From NCBI GenBank assembly GCA_977030845.1, contig OZ365118.1, forward strand, positions 18,786,001-18,850,000: a DNA stretch of 64,000 bases. The letters are read 5' to 3'. The translations under genes were made by a program, and so were the position numbers. Positions 13,411 to 23,047 of the stretch are shown here, one piece after another. How positions within the stretch are numbered: the first letter of the stretch is position 1; each line of letters begins with the position of its first letter. The stretch comes from Fimbriosthenelais zetlandica. Taxonomy: Eukaryota. The notes below the pieces were generated by a model. It was not told where the DNA came from and made no database searches. It worked only from the letters and a program-made list of their open reading frames with translations.

Positions 13411-15968
13411 GGAAAATGACCACCCAAGCAATCTCATTTCTCAGGTTAGGATACATTCAGTTAGCCTGGGTCTACATATCAGAATCACTGTTGATCTGGT
13501 ATAGTGGAGGGAGGCTGTATGGTATAGTGGAGGGAGGCTGTATCCATTTTAGACTATTACATTACATAGAGCGGCTCAGGAGCAGCTCGCCCGGGCTGGC
13601 TCCTGCTTGTATTTGTCAGCGTCAGACGTCGCCATGAACGTCAGGACGTGTAACGTGGTTAGAGGAGGGGTGAGGACGTTAGTTAGGCTGGTCATTACTG
13701 GTCATTACTGGAGGATGAGATAATGTGGTAACGTGTTTATAAGCAGGCCTTATAATCAATGACACCATGACCAAGGTCATCCTACTCATACATCATGTAA
13801 TACTGACCATTCACTGGTCTATAACATGGGGGGGGGGGGAGTGTTTGAGACACCTAAAAATCATAAAGGGCCCTCTATTCTAGAGCAATCTGCCACACAC
13901 TCCTCAAGATCTTAATCAAAATGAATTAAAAAATAAATCTGGCAAATGAACTCTTGATATATCTGGGCAGTTGCCTACATTTTCTAACTTGAGAGTCCAG
14001 AAGACTACATACAAATTGTGCCTCTATAGTCTAATCTAGCCCTGAAGTAGTTCAGTTTCGTCTCCAGACAACAACTCAAATCCGTGAATAATATGATAAT
14101 GAATCATGGGAATTGAAAGTATTGACTTCAACCTATGACATTAACTGATGAGAAAAGACAGCTCACATAAATGATAGGTGCTTGAGCAATGTTCAGGCTA
14201 CAAAAACTCACATCTCACTGATTTACCAGAGATTGGCTTGCCCGGGTGAGGCTAGGCTCACACTAATAGCTTCACTCACATTGTCTAAAGGCTAGGACTG
14301 GCATTAAAGTTTGTAAAATCCACTCACCAATTAAAAGTCGTGCCGCATGTGTTGAAGTTGTGGCCATTAGTCTGGGAGGGCGTGTGAAGTGCTTGGTCTT
14401 CATAAGGTGGGCGTGAAGATGGTCTCTAACACAGTCATGAGTGATGGCAGGATAACAGTGTACCTTATAGAGGCAAAAATAATAGACTATTACATATAGG
14501 TCTACATCATACCGATACAGGTCAAAGGGCAATATATGTAGGCCAGCAGTGGATTGCTTCATTTGTTTCTGACAAAAAATGCAACCCTATCATGAAGAAC
14601 AATTTGTCATTCACCTCATAATCTTATCATATCGTGCAAACATCTTACTAGGAAGGACAGTAATGTAGAGAAGACAAATTTTGTAAGCTTGAATTAACTT
14701 TTACAAGTTTGTTCTCACCATAAAAAGCAAAAGAAATTAAAAGATACGGATTACAACAGGAGGCAGTGCATTATTCTAAATGAATCCTGATTCTATTTTT
14801 TATGTCATGAATCTCAGCAAGTGTCACATGCCGAGTACTTGATCGAGGTTTCTACCCCATCTTTGATCTCCACTAATGTAATGTAGGTTCTAACATAAAA
14901 CCATTATTTTTTTGCCACAGATCCATTTTCTGAAACACACCATTGTTTGCAACAAAAAAACAGCTTTCGGTTTCTTTGAGTAGGGTGGTTCGGATGCTTA
15001 TGAAGGAAATCCATGCAGAGAAGGAAATGCAAAGAGGGAAATATTGGTACAGTGGGCAAATTAATGTATTTACATCGATTAGCCTAAATGCAGCTCTTCA
15101 TTTGCACCTGATACGACGGAAAATACATGAAATGTATAATACTTCTGTATACGGCGACAAAAATATAGGGATATACAGAAATGGTTGGACAAAATATACG
15201 CTTTGCCTTAGAGATGCAAATGAGTAGCCCAATGTTATTGAATAATTTTAGTCATTAAATTTGCTTTAAAACTGCCCCCAGAATATGGTCCTAGACCTAT
15301 ATCTAAAAATAACCGATAGCCTAAATGTTCATTGTCGATGAGTACTGCTAGCATTTTAGCCCTCAATACCATGTGTGCTGGTTCATAAATTACATGTTCA
15401 TGTCAAAAACATTCGCCGTTTGATTGTCACATGTGAAATTAACAAGTGAAGCTAGAGGCTGCATTTAGGACGAGTCAGTGACGTGTGTTTGTGTCTAGTA
15501 GCACGCAATGCACATCACCTCAATGATAATTAATTCACCAGGCTTGGTCCTACATCTCATGTCACAACTACCTGTGATAACATCTCATCATCTCTCTACT
15601 CTCACAATTCTTTATAGTCACAAATAACAGACCCACGTTTGTTGCAATAAGGCCAAATATTTTGTAGAAAATGGTTGATTTTAAATCTACTACTCGAATA
15701 GTAATCCTCAGTATAACCCAAATATAAATATATCTAATGTTGCTCCTATCAAGCTCCTTATCTTTCCAACTTCAAAATAATGAACAAGACTTCTTTCAAC
15801 TAGGCCTACTACACCGGTATTTGATTAGATATTTAAGTATTATTAATGAGCTACCATATATTCCAGTTTAAAACTGCACACTCAAATCTCTATTTCACAT
15901 AAATTAACTAATACAGGATGAGAAACTGAAGCCCTGCCATCAGCAGGAGCTGCTCTTCATGACATGTG

Positions 15969-15982
15969 GCGCCATCTGGTGG
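15969..15982 (-). promoter_or_regulatory. CTCF-type motif CCACCAGATGGCGC
   Basis: Consensus match; binding not shown. Confidence 0.5.
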
Positions 15983-16429
15983 ATAAAGGTGACACTGCTT
16001 ACAGGAGGAGGGTCGAGGCATGGTTATATGATAGACTGGTGGAGGTGGCAGTCACTAATGCCTGCTACAGACTCCATACTCTATACTACTACCTAGTTGG
16101 CCTGGCTAGGGTAGAGCTATTTAATATAGGCTTCATCACTTCAGGTTCAAGTGAAATGCAATGTTTCTTCACAGGCCTCTTCTACAATTTATGAAGTGCC
16201 TATCTAGTATCTAGGCTAGCTTAACTTCAATATTTTGTCATTTAAATTTTGGGTTAAGGTAGGTTTAGGCCTACCAGTACCCCATGTCTTAGGAATTCTG
16301 TGGAAGGTATGCCCGAAGGCCAAGGGTGCCTCCTGGGGCGAGGCTAGGCCTAATGTTATGGCAATATACACGAACATAAGATACAATACATGAACATCAC
16401 ATGAACATGTGGAAGAAACGAGAACTTAC

Positions 16430-16568
16430 CTGGGTTTTGTAGGGTTTTGACTTTTGTAGGTACCGGTATACTGTACACTGACACTGTGACACTGACAGTC
16501 ACTGTCCATGAATCTGATACGATCATACGGTACAGCATTGTTCGGTATCCATTGGCCGACCTCTCTCC
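16430..16568 (-). CDS. Gene C exon: xREVGQWIPNNAVPYDRIRFMDSDCQCHSVSVQYTGTYKSQNPTKP(R)
   Basis: Acceptor aatcttgtttgtag, donor CAG|gtaagt, 139 nt; the open frame ends in phase 2 and joins exon 13277 in frame. Start codon uncertain. Confidence 0.62.
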
Positions 16569-16901
16569 CTACAAACAAGATTGAAACTAACTCAACTCAG
16601 GTCATTGATAAAGTAGGGGGCCCTATAGGCTAAAACAGTCAAAACAAAAGCTTGCCAAAAGGAGACAAGTGAGGGTAAACAAATCGCCTCCCCCGACCAC
16701 CACTCCACTCAATGAATGAATGTTCACACGTGTGACACAAATACTAGCTTATTTACGGACCTCTCAGCCCATGACCCCACATATCAGCACTCTGGGGAAG
16801 TCTTTATATATTCCTGAACAAATGTCAATACTTTTTACCTACTTTTAAACTCTTTACAGTGGTGAAAATAGCGATAAACATGGGAAGAAAATTCAACTTA
16901 C

Positions 16902-16965
16902 CCGCTAAAAGTAAATCCAAGATGGCGGCCGGAAAGCGTGCCTGGATCTCGAGGACTTCCGGTTA
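16902..16965 (-). other. Probable first exon of gene C (no ATG; 5' end approximate)
   Basis: Strong donor CGG|gtaagt at 16901, directly after the ETS/YY1 promoter cluster. Confidence 0.55.
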
Positions 16966-17025
16966 TATACTTCCGGCGCACTCCTTTAGCGGAAGTCAGC
17001 TTACGCCTGGGCCACACGTGTTGGC
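16915..17025. promoter_or_regulatory. CpG-rich housekeeping-type promoter, probably bidirectional
   Basis: YY1-type CAAGATGGCGGC 16918-16929; ETS-type ACTTCCGG 16955-16962 and 16969-16976, GCGGAAGT 16989-16996; E-box CACGTG 17015-17020; splice donors face outward on both strands. Confidence 0.75.
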
Positions 17026-17415
17026 AAGCGTGGTCTGGCCGCTATCTAGTGCTGCCACCTTGTGTGCTGCGAGTGAAGTAAACTCCACCGGGCCCTTACT
17101 TCACCTGTAAACCACCAGGTGCCACCTCTGTTTCTTGTCACCATCAACTGGGTGCCACACGAGCGGGCTAGCGTGCTCCGGCGAGGAAGCCCTCACGCGG
17201 ACGGGAGCGGTACTACAGTGGAAGCGTGGGAAGGGTAGGCCTCCTGGGAAGCCACATGGACCCCATGCTCCTTCCCAGTTTTAAAAAGGAAAGTTTTCCG
17301 GAACCAGCAGTAAGGGCAGACAGAGAGGAAGAGTTTCTACAAGAAAGACGCTTGAATCGTAGGCCACGAGGCATTCTGCAGACTGTAAACATAGGCCGAA
17401 TGTGATCTTTTCCAG

Positions 17416-17450
17416 GGACCTGACTTCTAGGCCTGAAGCGCCAATAGTGG
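17416..17450 (+). ncRNA. Candidate 35-nt plus-strand exon of a divergent, probably non-coding or 5'UTR transcript
   Basis: Acceptor gtgatcttttccag, donor TGG|gtaagt; upstream donor AAGG|gtaggc at 17234/17235. Confidence 0.4.
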
Positions 17451-18855
17451 GTAAGTGACGTACTAAGGGGCGACCATTAGAATACCACTGCATTACCAGG
17501 GGGAGGGGGCTGGAGTTTTTTTAAATAAATAGTCACCAGAGACGGTGAAGATAAATATTTTATCCCCATATGCGGGTGAAATAAATAGAAAGTTCAATGA
17601 GCACTAGGCTATAAACATTTCGGACCGGCAATTGTACTGATATAGGGCCTAGCCTAGTCTTGACTAAATACAATTGGTCAAAATCTCCACCCCCACCCCC
17701 ACCCACTGGTATTCTAGGCCTAATGGTCACTCCTAAATACTATTATAGGCCTAAATCCATGTGTTAAATAATTTGTTAGGAATTAAGAAATGCCTTTGAT
17801 GAGTAAACTTGCCCCTCAAGGCATGTTAAGATAATTATGATAGGCCTATTTTGTCTTGGGTCAATTTTAAACAGTAGGCCTAACATTAACTCAGGCCGGA
17901 GGCCTAGAGATATTAATTTCACATGCAATATCAATCAGGACCAATGAATTCTACCCAATCCTTCACATCAGAATACTCAAAAACATTAAAACAGAATTGT
18001 AAAAATGAAATAGGCCACCCTTCACAAAACTATGAGCATATCCTCTAGTAGGCCTAGACCTATAAGCCCAGCCCTAATTATAATATTTGGTCGGACCGTT
18101 CTGTTTTTCAATACAAAGAAATTAAAGTCAGTCAAATTTACGAGGTACAGAGTGTGATGAGGTGTGTGAAAAAGCCCCGACTTCGCCATGACAACTCATC
18201 AAAACACATCCTCGCCAAGCGAGCAAATGCAATCAGGGCTTAAATTGATTCTCAACTTCACTCACTGTCCGTGAATGGAGGATGGAGCCTATTCACAGTA
18301 AAGGCAGTCCCCACTATTACACTGCATTCAGTCACTGACATTGATGTCCAAATTACAGTACAGTTCATTCAATCACTTCACTTGTATCTTAATTAATATT
18401 GACATCCTCAGTTGAAAATAACATTGGACTTTGAATAAAAGTTTCTCTGACATGATAAGTTTGAAAAGGGTGCAGTTGGAACTGCTAAATTACAATTTGC
18501 ATTGAAGGATTTTGGTTTCTAGTTACACAATGTCAGTTTAGATTTCAAATTGGATAGAAATGATAGATTACAAAAGAAACAATTTACAAAGCAACATAAC
18601 TCAACAAAAATTCAACAAAAATCAAGGCTCACTTAATTAAACTCGTACAATCTTTACATTATTTTTATACAATTCAATTTCGAGATTTTCCAATATAACT
18701 GACATTTCATGATCTCTTGATCTTCTGTTCAATATTAAAAGGCTGAGGATCTTAACTATACAGCTCGTGAATTCTGAGGGATATCCTCATCCATTTGTAC
18801 ACAAAACATGAGCACAGATCAGTAATACGATAAGAAGTAAAACATTTGTATGCTT

Positions 18856-18861
18856 TTTATT
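18856..18861 (-). terminator. Candidate polyadenylation signal (AATAAA) for gene A, implying a 3' UTR of about 2.3 kb
   Basis: TTTATT on the plus strand in AT-rich UTR-like context; other sites are possible. Confidence 0.4.
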
Positions 18862-20193
18862 CAAAAATCGGTATCTTTCACGATAAAATAACAGCTGCAG
18901 ACGATTGTATTTATACATTATGATGATGAGAGAACGAGAGTACATGTACACATAAACACAGTAGATGATGTCATTTGTCGTTCACAGTGAGAGATTCTCA
19001 GTTTTCTAGATCTGATCTTTACTATAGGCAGTAGTGGATGATGAAGTATAATTTAATGAACCTGAGGAGTGTGGAATACTAATAATAGAAATCATACACA
19101 GGGGGGAAACAGAGGGTGAAATCAGGAGGCGGCATCAATAGTCAAGGCTGGATCTCTAAGTCAATCAACTTCCAAAGGACTCCAGTCTCTAACCAATCGC
19201 CTCTATTGAGCCACCCTGTACGCTATTAGTTTCGACATTAAGATTATATTAATTTAATTGGGAATCATGTAGGGGGAGCATCGGGGGAAGTCTTAATTCA
19301 TTATTCTTTAAAATTGACCAAGCATAACCCTCTTAAATTGATTCATTATAAAAGATACGTCACACAGAAAATAATGCCATTACTTAAACCAAAGAGGGCG
19401 GGGTACTTGCTGAATATTAATGTTTACCATTCAAGCAGCAATCATGGCATAAAGGAATCATATATACCTTATATGTCAGCCACAGTTCATGCAGAATTCA
19501 CTAGCACACCAACAGACATTGAAGATGAGTATGGTACAATCAGTAATTAACAACTGTCCATTCTTCAAACAACTGGCAAAAACACTAAGATAAAACAGAA
19601 AGTTAGTATCAAGTCGTACTGGGATGTATTCATTACTCATTTATATTTTTCTAAACAGAATGTTTCTTGAGTCAGATTTCCTGGTCTGTTTTGATAATAT
19701 AGAATCCCAGGGTATCTCACATTTCTTATAATTGAAACTATTAAAAGTTTCCCATGTGTTAGTAATGTACAGGCGCTTTGGGAAAACAACGATTAAAATA
19801 TTATCTTGACTGAGTTTGTCTATAGATACTGTACAGCATAGGGCGCCTAGATCACTGCCAAGGAAGAAAGCAATAATGAAACCATCAAAAAAAGATCCAA
19901 AATATTTCATTAAATTCCTCGACACAGCCATCGTATTTATAAGATGGTTACAAGCAGGTTATATAATGATCATAATTATCTCTAATCTAGTATCACCATC
20001 AAGTGATATTTGGTCAAACCAACCAGATACACTTCATACTTTGTATACCGTACAGTATACTTTACACTTAGAAAAGAATCACTCATGAGGCAGTCCTCTC
20101 AATGTCTGAGTCGCTCTGAGCAGCTCTCTGTATATACAGAGCTAGAGCTGGAGGTTTCTATGTACACATGTCAGACCTGGGTCTCTAGAGAGC

Positions 20194-20247
20194 AGGTCAC
20201 GAGCAGCAGATGACCTCAGGTGACCTTTGACCTCTGTCATCACGTGA
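20194..20247. promoter_or_regulatory. Nuclear-receptor half-site cluster (overlapping DR4 and DR1) plus E-box
   Basis: AGGTCA 20194-20199; TGACCT at 20211, 20221 and 20228; TCACGTGA 20240-20247. Confidence 0.45.
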
Positions 20248-20557
20248 CCATGTTGATGAAGGATTTGATTCATTATTGTGAGAGGGGTAGGTCCGTACAA
20301 TCATTGGTGGATTATGTGGGTGGGTGGGAGGGGGGGGGGGTGCGGGGTCCACTCTGCGTTATTGGGAGGACCTGTGTTTGCCTGATATCACAAGTTGTGT
20401 CTTCACAGGCAGGCCATACTTAATAGTGTCCAGCTCACCCATCAATCAGTTTAACAATGGTGTATTGACTCTCTCCTGCTCTCAGCCTCACGCATGTTTG
20501 ACCGTGCCAAGGCGAGGCCAATTTCCCGGATGGAGGTCTCCAGTAAACACCACTGAT

Positions 20558-20571
20558 CTGCCCCCTAGTGG
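20558..20571 (-). promoter_or_regulatory. CTCF-type motif CCACTAGGGGGCAG
   Basis: Near-perfect match to the CTCF core consensus; binding not shown. Confidence 0.5.
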
Positions 20572-21103
20572 ACAAACTGCGTACTCCGGGGGTCATATGA
20601 CACAGGAGGAGCGGGTTAAGTCCCATGACTGTCGCCAGGAGGGGCTGCGGTGCCGGGTAGGTGGCACTTGAGTGTGATCCCGGGGTGGAGGGCTTCCGGG
20701 AGTGGGCAGAGATTAGCCACGCTAGATGGCAGCACACCTTGAGCTTGATGACATGGGGCTGCCTTATATGGTCATCCTCCTGAACACTGGCCACGAGGAT
20801 GAGATGGACTAGGTTGATGACGTCATTTCCGTCTTGGTGATTAGAGCCCACCACAGGTGATGAGCAGCTCAGGTATAATTGTCTTACCAGATCATAAAGA
20901 TGACAACGAGGCAGTAAGAAGAGACGAGGCCTCTCCCTGTAACCAGCCTCGTCACAGCCTCGTCAGCTACACCTCTCCTCACTGTCACTGATAGAGGAGT
21001 AGGTGAGTGAGAGGCATGACAGCAATAATGCCCCCGCGCATGCCTCCTCATGATCTCACCATGCCTCTCATGAGGAGGCAGGGCGGGCTGGCGACGCCAG
21101 GCC

Positions 21104-21354
21104 TCATGTCCTTGTCACTGTAGAGGGATGTATGGGATGCCAATGTCGGCAACAGAAGGCAATGATGACTGCAGATAGACAGTACAAGAACACAGACGCT
21201 GAAGTGCGCTGAGCAGCTGACCCCAGGTACTGTTGCTGTCCCTGGTCCTTCCGCTCGTCCTCCTCCGTGGCGCGGATATCCTTGGTTTGAGTCCGTGGGG
21301 AGGGACTCGGAGCTGGTGTCTTCTCATTTTTAGGACACCGCTGGCTGATGCGAT
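21104..21354 (-). CDS. Gene A terminal exon: (D)RISQRCPKNEKTPAPSPSPRTQTKDIRATEEDERKDQGQQQYLGSAAQRTSASVFLYCLSAVIIAFCCRHWHPIHPSTVTRT*
   Basis: Pyrimidine-rich acceptor ending tttcag at 21355, phase 1, TGA at 21104-21106; P/T-rich charged stalk followed by a 17-residue hydrophobic segment. Confidence 0.88.
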
Positions 21355-21592
21355 CTGAAAAAGGTGGAATTTGAGCAATAAAATACTATAATAATACTAA
21401 GAAAAGTCCATAAATAACAAACAGTTAAATACAATTTCACAAGATTGTATAATCAAGAAATTCTTTAGGAATTAAGAAATATGTACCTTCTACATATCCC
21501 TAATTCCAGTAGACAGAACTTCTAAAGTCTGTTACTTTCTCTTTTTAAATATTTTAATATTTCAACAAGGACATGTAAGAGTAGAGTAGTAC

Positions 21593-21734
21593 CATGGGGG
21601 ACCTGGAGTTGGAGGTCTGAATCTCGGGGTACTGACGGGTCGTTCTCCTCCTCCATCCCACACTGAGCTCGTGTTAACCGGTAAGCACTCTTCCACGGTT
21701 TATAATTCATCCTCTCTGGGTATGTGTAAATCAC
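21593..21734 (-). CDS. Gene A exon: VIYTYPERMNYKPWKSAYRLTRAQCGMEEENDPSVPRDSDLQLQVPH
   Basis: Acceptor gtgtttctcttgagcag. The donor ATG|gtacta is weak but gives the required phase 1 and the same 142-nt length as the paralogous exon 35509-35650. Confidence 0.75.
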
Positions 21735-22216
21735 CTGCTCAAGAGAAACACACATCAAATCACGTCCATTTTCCATTATCATTTGTGTTTTACCCAAAGT
21801 TTACTGACTGTTTCATAACTTCCTTATATATATACACTTTTCCAATGTTTCTGGTCAAATGTTAAGAACAATTTCTATCATATCTAATACCCTATGGATA
21901 AAACAGCGTTCAATATGCAAAGTATGTAAGATTCTATTAGATTCTATTCTAAGTCATACTAAGAATAAACTCTTCCGTCTTATTTCCTGAAGTGGGCTGA
22001 GATATTTGGCATTTTCATATCGATTAGTACTTCACAGTAGAGAACCAGAGAATCTTATACTTGTCATTCTAGAAGAATCTTATCTGTGAAACATTTAAAA
22101 GAATTCTTTGAGAGGCTGAATGGGGAGAGAGTTGGCAGCCAAGAATCACTTTGATGTCTCCACAGTTTGGCTGGAGACTCAGAGAGTAAGCTTAGACGAG
22201 ATCAAACAAAACATAC

Positions 22217-22305
22217 CCAGCAAGAAAATATTTTTGTCTCAGGATTTTGCGTGATGAGGAAGCTCCTTCCCTCGGCTAGATTGACATAGGCCTTGCACTC
22301 AAACT
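22217..22305 (-). CDS. Gene A exon: (E)FECKAYVNLAEGRSFLITQNPETKIFSCW
   Basis: Acceptor atttttaattgcag, donor TGG|gtatgt, 89 nt, phase 1 to 0. Confidence 0.9.
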
Positions 22306-22554
22306 CTGCAATTAAAAATAAAGTAAATCTTCAAGGTTTTTAACGAGGAAGGTGAAGGTATTCATGGTTCAATCAGCCATTACAGTCTAGTGTAGAGCTA
22401 GTACAAACAACACGATAGTGGCCAAACTTGGGTTTCTCCATTTTAATACTATCGTACCACTGCTACCACTACTTCTATGCTACCTCCATCAGACATCTTA
22501 TCTTTTTGTTAACTTGATCAATGTTTTAATGCCTTAAGCCATTGGCATACACAC

Positions 22555-22737
22555 CTTGTGTGAACCTGAATCGGCCTAAACATCTGTATAGAGTGAGCTG
22601 TAGTCGAGGTCTGATAGCACAGATCTCCTCATCCCAGTCAGACAGCTGACCACTACACCGGTGACCTCTAGGTAATGTCACATTAACGTCAATGGTACCG
22701 CGCAGTCCGCAGCTGTTGGGGGACGTCAATGGTCCAG
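22555..22737 (-). CDS. Gene A exon (domain B2): (S)GPLTSPNSCGLRGTIDVNVTLPRGHRCSGQLSDWDEEICAIRPRLQLTLYRCLGRFRFTQ
   Basis: Acceptor atttgtattttag, donor AAG|gtgtgt, 183 nt, phase 1 to 1. Confidence 0.9.
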
Positions 22738-22942
22738 CTAAAATACAAATAGCAATTAATAAATTAGTAATTATATAAAATAGCAATTATATATCAAAGA
22801 TATCTTTGGTTGTATTAAAAAGATAATACATCAATGTAGGCTGCCAATTACATAAAAATATATGATTGCATTAAATATATACCATATATAAAAGTACCAA
22901 GTACTTCAAATAACTAATAAGACTAAGTTCTCATGAACTCAC

Positions 22943-23047
22943 AGACTAATATCTTGTACTCGGAGCTCCGTATTAACCCTCCCAGTGGCTCAGGGTCATT
23001 CTTGAAATCACAAAGTTTGAAGGACCTATCGGTTGTCTCACTTTTTG
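22943..23047 (-). CDS. Gene A exon: (S)KSETTDRSFKLCDFKNDPEPLGGLIRSSEYKILV
   Basis: Acceptor gtgttattttcag, donor TCT|gtgagt, 105 nt, phase 1 to 1. Confidence 0.86.

Noticed and set aside
18920-19075. C/D box snoRNA-like ATGATGA...CTGA pairs
   Set aside because: No terminal stem or recognisable rRNA-antisense element; boxes of this length arise by chance.
20435-20854. 139-aa minus-strand ORF downstream of the gene A stop
   Set aside because: Lies in the presumed 3' UTR with no good acceptor and no recognisable domain.
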